A stretch of 64,000 nucleotides of DNA from an uncultured Eubacteriales bacterium (GTDB lineage: Bacteria > Bacillota > Clostridia > TANB77 > CAG-508). The position numbers were made by a program, and so were the translations under genes. Where the stretch lies: contig CASEEU010000022.1 of NCBI GenBank assembly GCA_949287075.1, positions 32,010 through 96,009 on the forward strand. Direction: 5' to 3'. Shown piece after piece: positions 19,607 through 28,590 of the stretch (positions are counted from its first letter, which is position 1; each line of letters starts with the position of its first letter). A model generated the notes under the pieces. That model did not search any database. It was not told the DNA's origin and was given only the letters and a program-made list of their open reading frames with translations.

Positions 19607-20161
19607 ATGAAAGAAGAATTTTTAAAATTATTAAGAACAGTAAATCGAGAAGGAATAGAAGATATTATTAATTTTTTAGAAAAGTCAGACTTTTTTAAAG
19701 CACCAGCTAGTACTAGATTTCATGGAGATCATGAAGGGGGATTAGTAGAGCATAGTTTAAAAGTATATGAAATTTTAAAACATAAAGTAGAACACAATAT
19801 AAAAGGTGTAACAGTACCAGAAGAATCTATTATTATCATTGGATTATTACATGATATCTGTAAAACAAACTTTTATAAAGTAGATTATAGAAATGCAAAA
19901 AATGCACTAGGTGTATGGGAAAAAGTACCATATTATACGATTGAAGATACCATTCCATATGGACATGGAGAAAAATCTGTCATGATGATTACAGAATATA
20001 TGAAATTAACACCAGAAGAAAAATATGCGATTCGTTGGCATATGGGATATACAGAACCAAAAGAATTATATAATGCAATAGGTGCATCTTATACCAAATA
20101 TCCAATAGCATTATTAACACATGAAGCAGATTTAGAAGCAACATATTTTTATGACACATAG
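19607..20161 (+). CDS. HD-domain phosphohydrolase
   Basis: HD motifs (FHGDHEGGLVEHSL and LLHDICK); start chosen at the ATG with AAGGAG 7 nt upstream. Confidence 0.7.
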   Translation: MKEEFLKLLRTVNREGIEDIINFLEKSDFFKAPASTRFHGDHEGGLVEHSLKVYEILKHKVEHNIKGVTVPEESIIIIGLLHDICKTNFYKVDYRNAKNALGVWEKVPYYTIEDTIPYGHGEKSVMMITEYMKLTPEEKYAIRWHMGYTEPKELYNAIGASYTKYPIALLTHEADLEATYFYDT

Positions 20162-20205
20162 AGGTTGAAAACTTTTAAATAACAAATAAGGAAAGGAAAA
20201 AGCGT

Positions 20206-20844
20206 ATGTTAGCATATATAAAAGGAACATTAGAAATGAAAATGACAGAATATGTGGTCATTGATGTAGGGGGATTAGGATATAAAGTATTCATGTCAAG
20301 TATTGGAATGGAGAAATTAGGAAATATAGGAGAACAAGTAAAAGTATATACATATTATAGAGTAAGAGAAGATGATATTAGTATCTATGGATTTAATACA
20401 AATGAAGAATTAAGAATGTTTGAGCTATTATTATCAGTAAGCGGAGTAGGAGCGAAAACAGCATTAGCAATGCTTGCAGTATGTACACCTTCTGAATTTG
20501 TATTAGCCATTGTATCAGAAGATATTAATGTATTAACATCTATTCCAGGAATTGGACCAAAATCTGCAAAAAGAATTGTTTTAGAATTGAAAGATAAAAT
20601 TAAAAAAGAACAACAAATTCAAGAGTTAACAAATGCATCTCAAAATAATAAAGCAATAAATGAAACAAATACAAAAGTAAAACAAATGATTGAAAATGAT
20701 AACAAAGTACAAGAAGCCATAGCAGCATTACAAGTATTGGGATATAACAAAAAAGAAATAGAAAAAGCATTTATGACATTAGATAAAACAAATTTAACAA
20801 CAGAAGACTTGATTAAGAAAGGATTAATGATTCTAGCAAATTAA
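20206..20844 (+). CDS. ruvA: Holliday junction branch migration protein RuvA
   Basis: 212 aa with an OB-fold N-terminus (MLAYIKGTL...VIDVGGLGYKV) and HhH motifs (LLSVSGVGAKTALAML, IPGIGPKSAKRIV). Confidence 0.9.
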   Translation: MLAYIKGTLEMKMTEYVVIDVGGLGYKVFMSSIGMEKLGNIGEQVKVYTYYRVREDDISIYGFNTNEELRMFELLLSVSGVGAKTALAMLAVCTPSEFVLAIVSEDINVLTSIPGIGPKSAKRIVLELKDKIKKEQQIQELTNASQNNKAINETNTKVKQMIENDNKVQEAIAALQVLGYNKKEIEKAFMTLDKTNLTTEDLIKKGLMILAN

Positions 20845-20862
20845 AAAAGGAATGAAGAAGTT

Positions 20863-22107
20863 ATGAATAGTAATGAACCATTAGCATTTAGAGTGAGGCC
20901 TAGAAATTTAGAAGAATATGTTGGACAAGAACATGTTTTAGGAAAAGACAAGATATTATATAGAACAATAAAGGCAGATAGATTGTCTAGTATTATCTTA
21001 TTTGGACCACCTGGATGTGGAAAAACATCATTAGCAAGAGTGATTAGTGAAACTACAAAATATAAATTTTATAAAATCAATGCAGTTACTTCTGGAGTAG
21101 CAGATATTAAGAGAGTGGTAGAAGAAACAAAAAATTTTATGATTAATCCAGCTGGAAAAAGTATTTTATTTATTGATGAGATTCATAGATTTAATAAATT
21201 GCAACAAGATGCATTACTACCTTTTGTAGAAAATGGAACTGTTATCTTAATTGGAGCAACAACAGAAAACCCATATTTTGAAGTGAATAAAGCTTTGATT
21301 TCTAGGTCAATGGTTATCAAGCTAGAACCATTAACAACAGAAAATATTTTTACAATTTTAAAAAGTTCTCTTACAAGAAAAGATGGATTAGGGGAATATA
21401 ATATCAAAATAGAGGATGAAACATTAAAAAAATTAGCAGTGATTTCTAATGGAGATGTGAGAACAGCCTTAAATGGATTAGAAGTCGCAGTGTTAACAAC
21501 CAATATGGATACAGATGGATATATCCATATTACAGATGAAGTTATCAAAAATAGTGTACAAGATAGAAAAGCGATATTTGATAAAAATGGAGAAGCACAT
21601 TATGATAATATTAGTGCGTTTATTAAATCCATGAGAGGTTCTGACCCTGATGCAGCTGTATTTTATTTAGCCAGAGCTTTAAATGGAGGAGAAGATCCGA
21701 TGTTTTTAGCAAGAAGAATTGTGATTTGTGCTTCTGAAGATGTAGGATTGGCAAATCCACAAGCTTTGGTGGTAGCAAATTCTGCTATGCAAGCAGTACA
21801 TATGGTTGGGATGCCTGAAGCAAGAATTATCCTATCAGAAGCGGCAATATATGTAGCAGTATCTAAAAAATCAAATGCAGGTTATTTGGCAATTAATAAA
21901 GCGTTAGAAGATGTAAAAAATAAAGAAACGGGAGAAGTACCAATGCATTTAAGAAATGCACCAATCGAAGATATGAAAAATTTGGGATATAGTAATGGTT
22001 ATTTATATCCACATAACTTCCCTGGACACTATGTAGAACAACAATATTTACCAGATGAAATGATAGGAACAAAATATTATATAAAAGATGAGAATATTGA
22101 TTTATAA
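20863..22107 (+). CDS. rarA: Replication-associated recombination protein A (RarA/MgsA AAA+ ATPase), in the position where ruvB is usually found
   Basis: 414 aa with LAFRVRPRNLEEYVGQEHVLG, a GPPGCGKTS Walker A and the C-terminal MgsA domain (HYDNISAFIKSMRGSDPDAA...GEDPMFLARR); too long for RuvB and lacks RuvB-specific motifs. Confidence 0.85.
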   Translation: MNSNEPLAFRVRPRNLEEYVGQEHVLGKDKILYRTIKADRLSSIILFGPPGCGKTSLARVISETTKYKFYKINAVTSGVADIKRVVEETKNFMINPAGKSILFIDEIHRFNKLQQDALLPFVENGTVILIGATTENPYFEVNKALISRSMVIKLEPLTTENIFTILKSSLTRKDGLGEYNIKIEDETLKKLAVISNGDVRTALNGLEVAVLTTNMDTDGYIHITDEVIKNSVQDRKAIFDKNGEAHYDNISAFIKSMRGSDPDAAVFYLARALNGGEDPMFLARRIVICASEDVGLANPQALVVANSAMQAVHMVGMPEARIILSEAAIYVAVSKKSNAGYLAINKALEDVKNKETGEVPMHLRNAPIEDMKNLGYSNGYLYPHNFPGHYVEQQYLPDEMIGTKYYIKDENIDL

Positions 22108-22132
22108 GAATAAGATAAAGAGTTATATATTA

Positions 22133-22176
22133 AAGATGACATTTTATAAAAAAACTGTCATCTTTATATTTTTTAG
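22133..22176 (+). terminator. Rho-independent terminator after rarA
   Basis: Hairpin aagatgacattttataaaaaaactgtcatctt plus a T run. Confidence 0.7.
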
Positions 22177-22232
22177 TATATGATATCAAAATGTGGAAAC
22201 TATAGATAGAAATATAACAAGAGGAGGAGAAA

Positions 22233-22457
22233 ATGCTAAGAGAAGGGAATGATGGACAAGATACAAAAGAAAATCAATGGAAAAATGAAGATGAAATATA
22301 TGTATTTGAGTTACAAAAATTTTTCGATGTAGTAGAAAATGTGGAAGATGAAGAATTAAGAAAAGCAATTATAGCTCAAATGTTAAAATGCGATAAAAGA
22401 GTGACACAATTAGCAGAAAATATTTTTCAAGAATTAGAAAAACATTGTCATAAATGA
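22233..22457 (+). CDS. Small hypothetical protein
   Basis: 74 aa with a strong RBS (GAGGAGGAG) before the ATG. Confidence 0.45.
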   Translation: MLREGNDGQDTKENQWKNEDEIYVFELQKFFDVVENVEDEELRKAIIAQMLKCDKRVTQLAENIFQELEKHCHK

Positions 22458-22515
22458 AATTTTTATTTTTTGAGGTAAGTGCATAAAAAACAAAAAAATG
22501 TAAAAAATAGAAAAT

Positions 22516-22872
22516 ATGAAAAATATAGCAAGAAAAATCATAATAGGAATATTGGCTGGAATTGTCAGTGGATTGTTTTCAACAGGTGGAGGAATGATTG
22601 TGGTTCCAGCATTAATATATTTATTAAATATGGAAGATAAGAAGGCCAGAGGAACCTCTATATTTTGTATATTACCAATGGTTATCACAAGTGGATTTTT
22701 CTATTATAAAAGCAATTATATAGACTGGAATATTTCTATCCTTTGTGCTATTGGTGGGATGATAGGGGGATATATAGGTGCAAAAATATTAAAAAAAATT
22801 CCAGTACAATACTTGAAAATGGCATTTACTATTTTTTTAATATATGCTTCCTATAAAATGATTTTTCAATAA
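22516..22872 (+). CDS. Half-size TSUP/TauE-SafE family membrane protein (first of a pair)
   Basis: 118 aa with about 4 TM segments and a Gly-rich TSUP-like first helix (GILAGIVSGLFSTGGGMIVVPAL). Confidence 0.7.
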   Translation: MKNIARKIIIGILAGIVSGLFSTGGGMIVVPALIYLLNMEDKKARGTSIFCILPMVITSGFFYYKSNYIDWNISILCAIGGMIGGYIGAKILKKIPVQYLKMAFTIFLIYASYKMIFQ

Positions 22873-22881
22873 GAGGAAAAA

Positions 22882-23277
22882 ATGATAGAAATTTTAATAG
22901 GTATATTATCAGGAATTATTAGTGGAACAGGAATGGGAGGAGGAACAATATTAATTTTCCTCCTTATATACACATTAGGAATAGAACAACATATCGCACA
23001 AGCAACAAATTTAATTTTTTTTATTCCTACATCAATCATTGCCATTATCATAAATTTGAAAAATAAAAATATTGCTTTGCAAAGTGCAGTATTGATTTCA
23101 GTATTTGGAATATTCGGTGCGATTATTGGTGCCAATATATCTATTAATATTGATGTCAATGTATTAAGAAAATGTTTTGGTATATTTTTGCTAATGATTG
23201 CCATTCATGAAATATATACCATTATAAAATGGTATAAAAAACAAAAAATACGAGATACTAAGAAAAATGAAAGTTAA
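22882..23277 (+). CDS. Half-size TSUP/TauE-SafE family membrane protein (second of a pair)
   Basis: 131 aa with about 4 TM segments and the same Gly-rich motif (GILSGIISGTGMGGGTILIF); 10-nt gap to the upstream partner. Confidence 0.7.
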   Translation: MIEILIGILSGIISGTGMGGGTILIFLLIYTLGIEQHIAQATNLIFFIPTSIIAIIINLKNKNIALQSAVLISVFGIFGAIIGANISINIDVNVLRKCFGIFLLMIAIHEIYTIIKWYKKQKIRDTKKNES

Positions 23278-23296
23278 AAATAAGATTTTAGAGAGG

Positions 23297-23446
23297 ATGA
23301 TGAATATGAAATTTGTAAAAGGTGTTGTTATAGGAGGATTATTAGTAACAGGAGCAGCTATTATGTATACAGAAATGGGAAAAAGTACAAAAAGAAAAAT
23401 GATGAAAAAGGGAAGAAATATGATAAAGAAGATGGGAATTGTATAG
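23297..23446 (+). CDS. Possible small membrane peptide (49 aa)
   Basis: ATG preceded by GAGAGGA; one hydrophobic helix followed by a basic tail; not in the ORF table because it is shorter than 60 aa. Confidence 0.3.
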   Translation: MMNMKFVKGVVIGGLLVTGAAIMYTEMGKSTKRKMMKKGRNMIKKMGIV

Positions 23447-23502
23447 ATATTAGAATATGTAAAAAATAAAAAGAAATATACTTAGAAGTATTAAAAAGTC
23501 AA

Positions 23503-23532
23503 AAATCCAACTTAAATAAAAGTTGGATTTTT
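23503..23532. terminator. Bidirectional terminator hairpin (3' of the minus-strand Cys-rich gene fragment)
   Basis: aaaaatccaactt...aagttggattttt. Confidence 0.6.
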
Positions 23533-23558
23533 AGCTTTTAATAGCAGATTTCGATATT

Positions 23559-23890
23559 AGTAATTTGATTTGTTACAACATTTATCACAACATTTATCAT
23601 CGTATTTTTTATCGCATTTATCATCGTATTTTTCATCATATTTTTCGTCGCATTTTTTATCACATTTATCGTCTTTTTTGTCTTTACATTTGCATTTATC
23701 AGATTCTAAAAAGCAATCACATTTTTCATGTTTATCACCTTTTAAACATCTTCCTTCATGATGACATTTTGCACAAATTTTAATTTTTTTCGTGTCATTT
23801 ACCCAGATTTGGATAGCATATTGTTTTCCTGGGCATAAAGGACCAAATACGAACTCGCCCTCGCAATCGGTAAAGTTGGATAAAACCTTA
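23559..23890 (-). pseudogene. 3' portion of a gene for a Cys/Lys/Asp-rich protein (open frame of ~110 codons with no ATG/GTG/TTG start), ending in a 24-nt tandem-repeat-encoded DKCDKKYDD-like tail; probably the distal half of a gene split by the integrated element
   Basis: Minus-strand frame reads ...NFTDCEGEFVFGPLCPGKQYAIQIWVNDTKKIKICAKCHHEGRCLKGDKHEKCDCFLESDKCKCKDKKDDKCDKKCDEKYDEKYDDKCDKKYDDKCCDKCCNKSNY*; a terminator follows; there is no in-frame start back to the stop at about 23905. Confidence 0.5.
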
Positions 23891-24068
23891 AGTACAACAA
23901 AAATAAGGTATAGAGAGAGTAACTATTCATTGAAATAATATTATATAAAAAATTTTAGGAAATACTAATAAAAGAGACTTAACTTTAAAGGGTTAAGTAT
24001 TTTTTGTGAAAGAAACCTACCATTTATATATTATTTTAGGTCAAATACTATACCTTAATGTATAAAAG

Positions 24069-25712
24069 GTGGTAAGAAATATGTTAGTTATAGAAAATGT
24101 AGAAGATACAGTAATAGTATTAAAAACTCTAATATGTAGAGAAGTTAAATCATTTGATAAGAAACCAAAAGAAATTAATGTTGGAATAATAGATGTAGAC
24201 TTTTCATTAATAAGATATCTAGGACAAGCAACAGAAATAAAGGATATTGATATCAATAATTGTGGATATGTAATTATAAAAAGAAAAGATAACACTACCA
24301 CTACACTTGGAAGATTTATTTTAGAGTATTATTCAAAATATGATAATAGATTAAAGGAAATATTAGAAAATACAGAATATGAAATAAATCATATAAACAG
24401 TGATAAATTAGATAATAGAATAGAGAATTTAGAAATTGTAACACATCAAGATAATATAAAACATAGTAAAGGTTTAAATTATGACATTATATATAAAAGT
24501 GAAGATTTAAAATTATTACAAGAAATGAATAAAAATGAGAAGAAACAAGAGATAGACAAGCAATATTTAAATAGAATAAGTGGTTTATTTTTTAAATTGT
24601 ATAATTCATATATGGAGAAGAAAGAGTGTAAATTAGACATTAAAATTTTAAAATGTTGTTATTTAAAATTTAAAAATAATAAAACTAAATCTAACACAAA
24701 AGAACAAGAGATAAGAGAGAGTAAGGACTTAACTACTTTAAAACAATATAAATTAATGTCTTATTTTCATACAAATTTTATTAAAGAAATATTACAGAAA
24801 AAGAAGCAATATATTTATAAAAAAGTAGTAGGTAATAATATAACTTTACTAAATAAATATATAGAAAGATACCCTATACTAAAAAATATATTTAAAAAAT
24901 ATAAAATAATGGACAAAGAATTTAAAGAACAATTAAAGTTTGATAAATCTAACAGTAGAAATATATTAATAGACTTCTTAACAGACATATATAAATTTAA
25001 TTGGTATGTAATAGAAAATGGACACATACTATTAACTGTTAATATTAGAAATTTTATTAATGTAAAAGGAAAGTATAAAGCATTTTTAACATTATATTTA
25101 TTAGGTTTATTAAAAAGACAAAATGATATTTCTAAACAAAATACTATTTCTAACCGTTTAGTACACACACCTAGTTTTATACATATACCATTTTATACAG
25201 ATGAACTTTTAAAACAAGCTAATAATATAGCCAAAGATTTATTGCCCTTAAATCTTAATAAATTTACTTACTTTTTAATTAGACAAGAGTTTGGAGAAGA
25301 AATAGCTGATTCTATTTATAAAAATAAAAAATCTAAATCTAATTACAAGTATGGTTTAAGAGCCAAAGAAGATATTATAGAATTTATTAAAACTGACAAA
25401 GACATTTTAAATTTTGGTTTTATGACTGTTGAAGAAATTTTTGACCACATACAAGGTTTAAATGTTCAAAGACAAATAAAAGGAGAAAATTACAACAATA
25501 TCTATAATAGTTTTATAAATTTTATAAAATCATTACTTCTATACAACACAGATACTAAAAAGAGATTAGATGAATTAGGTTTTACTTATATATCTTTAAA
25601 TACTAAAATTATAGAAAATATTAAAAAATATCAAAAAGAACAAGGTTTTGATTTTCCTATTTCTCTAAAACCAAAAGAGAAAGTAATAGTAATGAAAAAG
25701 TTAATTAAATAA
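24069..25712 (+). CDS. HNH endonuclease-domain protein with a long Lys/Asn-rich C-terminal region
   Basis: The N-terminal ~140 aa carries a phage-type HNH motif (GYVIIKRKD...EINHINSDKLDNRIENLEIVTHQDNIKH); the remaining ~400 aa are uncharacterised. Confidence 0.7.
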   Translation: MVRNMLVIENVEDTVIVLKTLICREVKSFDKKPKEINVGIIDVDFSLIRYLGQATEIKDIDINNCGYVIIKRKDNTTTTLGRFILEYYSKYDNRLKEILENTEYEINHINSDKLDNRIENLEIVTHQDNIKHSKGLNYDIIYKSEDLKLLQEMNKNEKKQEIDKQYLNRISGLFFKLYNSYMEKKECKLDIKILKCCYLKFKNNKTKSNTKEQEIRESKDLTTLKQYKLMSYFHTNFIKEILQKKKQYIYKKVVGNNITLLNKYIERYPILKNIFKKYKIMDKEFKEQLKFDKSNSRNILIDFLTDIYKFNWYVIENGHILLTVNIRNFINVKGKYKAFLTLYLLGLLKRQNDISKQNTISNRLVHTPSFIHIPFYTDELLKQANNIAKDLLPLNLNKFTYFLIRQEFGEEIADSIYKNKKSKSNYKYGLRAKEDIIEFIKTDKDILNFGFMTVEEIFDHIQGLNVQRQIKGENYNNIYNSFINFIKSLLLYNTDTKKRLDELGFTYISLNTKIIENIKKYQKEQGFDFPISLKPKEKVIVMKKLIK

Positions 25713-25756
25713 CCCTTAAATTATATATTTTTATAGGAAAGGTAGGTTTTAAAATT

Positions 25757-25930
25757 ATGATAACTTATACTGTTAAAGAACTAGAACCAATTTTAAAAAG
25801 AAAATCTAAAACTATAAAAAGATACATCAAAGATGGAGAACTTGAAGCAACTAGAATTGGTAAAGGCTACATCATTACAGAAGAAAAAGTAAGAGAATTT
25901 TTTGAGGACTACAAAGTTCCTAAAAAATAG
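25757..25930 (+). CDS. Excisionase-family/MerR-like HTH DNA-binding protein (candidate recombination directionality factor)
   Basis: 57 aa: TVKELEPILKRKSKTIKRYIKDGELEATRIGKGYIITEEKVREFF matches the excisionase-family DNA-binding domain pattern; shorter than 60 aa so absent from the ORF table. Confidence 0.55.
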   Translation: MITYTVKELEPILKRKSKTIKRYIKDGELEATRIGKGYIITEEKVREFFEDYKVPKK

Positions 25931-26329
25931 AACTTTTAAAATTTTATATAGGTTTTAAATATTCTGTATATCTCTTAATTATCAGAATGACATCAGATGA
26001 ACTTTCATAATTAATTAAATAAATTATATATCTAAAATATAAAATGTATCAGATTTTATTGTGAAATTGTTTTAAAACAGTCTATTTACAAAGATGAAAT
26101 GATGGTTTAATATAAATTAAACAAATGAAAAATGTTTATTTGTCAGATATTTAGAGAATTTATTTTAATATTTGGATAAATTCTCTTACCCCCTCATTTT
26201 ATTTTAGAAAGTAGGTGTTATAAATGAAGATACATTTTTATAATTTAATTTTAAATAGTTCGTGAACTCTCTATTGTTAAGCAGTAGAGAGTTTTATTTT
26301 TTAGTTTAATATGGGAGAAGAGAATTAAT

Positions 26330-26548
26330 ATGTTTTATAAAAAGGGAGAGATAAGACCGTACTTATTAAATAATGTTGTACATTTTGAAAAAATTTTAAA
26401 AATAAATAAAAAGGAAAAAACATATACAATAGAAGATATATTTACAAAAGAAATAAATATTATTGGTGAAAATGATATTTTTTTAGGAGATGATTATAGA
26501 ACAATAAATATAATAAGAATTCATTTTCAAATTCTTATTATAAAATAA
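26330..26548 (+). CDS. Hypothetical small protein (island)
   Basis: 72 aa ORF with a GGGAGAAG RBS. Confidence 0.35.
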   Translation: MFYKKGEIRPYLLNNVVHFEKILKINKKEKTYTIEDIFTKEINIIGENDIFLGDDYRTINIIRIHFQILIIK

Positions 26549-26574
26549 ATCAAACAAAAAGGAGAGAAAAAGAA

Positions 26575-27069
26575 ATGGAAGAAAAAATCGTAATTAGTAA
26601 AACAGTGCTTAAAGATTTAATTAATTATAATAATGAAGTTTTAGACTTATTGAAAAAAGTAGATAATGTGAATATAGATAAGTACAAAAATATTAATGAA
26701 AAATTAGAAGATATTATTAGAAAAGAAAGTTGTATAAATGGGTTTGGAGAGATATTTGAAATAAAGAATATAAAAATAGACATAGAAAAATTACCATTAT
26801 TAAAATTTATACTTCGTGAGTTTGGAGAAGATTTATATACACCATCAAAGGTTAATGAAGAATTAAGAAAGAAAAAAATAAAATTAGGGGAAGAATTAGA
26901 AGGTACATTTACAGAAGAGCAGAAAGAAAAATTTATAGAATATTGGGACTTGGAAAATCAAATAGAAGAAGAATTAGAAAGTCAATTATTTATGTATGGT
27001 TTTATAATGGCACAAGAATTAAAAAATGAAGTCGAAAGTACAAGAATTAATAAACTACTAGACAAATAA
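26575..27069 (+). CDS. Hypothetical protein (island)
   Basis: 164 aa with an AAGGAGAG RBS; no motif. Confidence 0.45.
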   Translation: MEEKIVISKTVLKDLINYNNEVLDLLKKVDNVNIDKYKNINEKLEDIIRKESCINGFGEIFEIKNIKIDIEKLPLLKFILREFGEDLYTPSKVNEELRKKKIKLGEELEGTFTEEQKEKFIEYWDLENQIEEELESQLFMYGFIMAQELKNEVESTRINKLLDK

Positions 27070-27078
27070 GCTAGTAGT

Positions 27079-27279
27079 TTATTTTGTGAACTTAAATAAA
27101 TCGTTAGGTTCACAATTTAAAATTTTACAAAATTTTTCTATGTTTTCGTACTTTATAGATTTAGTTTTATTTTCTACAATATTATTAAAATTTGTGTAAC
27201 TCATATCTAATTGATTAAACAACCAATATTTAGTTTTACCTTGTTTTTTTAATAGTTCAACAACATTTAATTTTAACAT
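27079..27279 (-). CDS. XRE-family (Cro/CI-type) HTH transcriptional regulator
   Basis: 66 aa: LLKKQGKTKYWLFNQLDMSYTNFNNIVENKTKSIKYENIEKFCKILNCEPNDLF is a typical HTH_XRE pattern. Confidence 0.7.
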   Translation of the reverse strand: MLKLNVVELLKKQGKTKYWLFNQLDMSYTNFNNIVENKTKSIKYENIEKFCKILNCEPNDLFKFTK

Positions 27280-27433
27280 ACAGACACCTCACAATTCTGT
27301 ATATATTGTAGAAAAAATCAAATAAAAATATAACTCACGAAAGCAATAGACAAATAAAAATAAAAGTGATATACTTCTAAAAAAGAGTTGGAGGTGTATT
27401 GTTAAAAATAATTGAATTAGAAAAGAGTTAGAA

Positions 27434-27706
27434 ATGAATAATTATTTTGAATTTGATGAAGAAGAACTTAGGAAAATAATGTTAGAAATGATTAATTATA
27501 AAGAAGATTCACTTTATAATAAAGATTTAGACATAATGTGTAACTTGAAAATTCGAAGAAAAGATTTAGGAAAAGAAAAGACTTTAAAATATAAAGTAAA
27601 TAATAAAAAGAAGCAAACAAAAATTAAAATACCAAAAGAAATAGAAAATGGACAAAGTATAGTTTATATCAAAGAGGGAGAAAAGAAAAATAATATAGTT
27701 TTATAG
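27434..27706 (+). CDS. Hypothetical small protein (island)
   Basis: 90 aa. Confidence 0.35.
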   Translation: MNNYFEFDEEELRKIMLEMINYKEDSLYNKDLDIMCNLKIRRKDLGKEKTLKYKVNNKKKQTKIKIPKEIENGQSIVYIKEGEKKNNIVL

Positions 27707-27729
27707 GTAGAAAGGAAAAAGTTTAAAAG

Positions 27730-27939
27730 ATGAATATTGAAGATTATACATATTCAGTAAATGGAAAAGAAATAACATTTGAAGAATTTTTAGACGAATA
27801 TAGAAAATTATTTAGAACAGATATAGCATTTGAAAGAGGCAAAGAAAGATTAAATAATATATTGGAAGAAAAAGATTTTTCTAATTGGAATGTTATAGGG
27901 AGAAAAGATAACAAACATTTAAAGGTAACTAGAAAATAG
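27730..27939 (+). CDS. Hypothetical small protein (island)
   Basis: 69 aa. Confidence 0.35.
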   Translation: MNIEDYTYSVNGKEITFEEFLDEYRKLFRTDIAFERGKERLNNILEEKDFSNWNVIGRKDNKHLKVTRK

Positions 27940-28013
27940 TAAAACTTAAAGAAGATAGAAAAATATCATTAGAAAATTATTATACAAGCAAAATATATTT
28001 AGGAGGAAGAGTA

Positions 28014-28484
28014 ATGATAGTATTGATATTAGCGATTGTCTGTGTGACTATAATATTATATGTAGAAGGAAGAAAAGAAAAAAGCAAGGGTTATGTAATA
28101 ATAATAAGTTCATTAATATGGTTTATATTAATAATAGCTATATTAATAAAAGGAGTACAATTCTTATTTAGCCCTGCACCAGTAGAAAATACTGATAATG
28201 ATGCTATATTGTGTGCACAACAAGTTGTAAAGGATACATTAAGAGATCCAAGTTCAGCAAAATTTAATAGTAAACAAGTTTTGGAAAAAGATAATTATAG
28301 CAGATATTTAATAGAGTTAGATGTCAGTGGTAAAAATGGCTTTGGAGGAGTAAGCAGAGAAGTGTATTATGTAGTTGTAAAATATAATTCAACTAAAGAA
28401 AATTTTGAATATTATACAAACAATGCTGTCGGAACTGATAAAGAGACTGTAAAAGCTTTAAATAATTGGGGAGAAGCTGAATAA
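28014..28484 (+). CDS. Membrane-anchored hypothetical protein (island)
   Basis: 156 aa with two N-terminal hydrophobic segments and an extracytoplasmic domain. Confidence 0.45.
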   Translation: MIVLILAIVCVTIILYVEGRKEKSKGYVIIISSLIWFILIIAILIKGVQFLFSPAPVENTDNDAILCAQQVVKDTLRDPSSAKFNSKQVLEKDNYSRYLIELDVSGKNGFGGVSREVYYVVVKYNSTKENFEYYTNNAVGTDKETVKALNNWGEAE

Positions 28485-28590
28485 ATACTGTCTTGATAAT
28501 AGTATATTTATATTTAACTTTAATCAATAATAAAATATTGTTAGAAAAATAATAAATTTTAGTAAATTATAAAAAGGAAGATTAGAAACA

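Noticed and set aside
23565-23783. Two overlapping + strand ORFs (72 and 63 aa) rich in His/Tyr/Ile or Ser/Leu/His repeats
   Set aside because: They are frame artefacts of the 24-nt tandem repeat. No RBS is present. The minus-strand frame gives a coherent Cys-rich C-terminus followed by a terminator.
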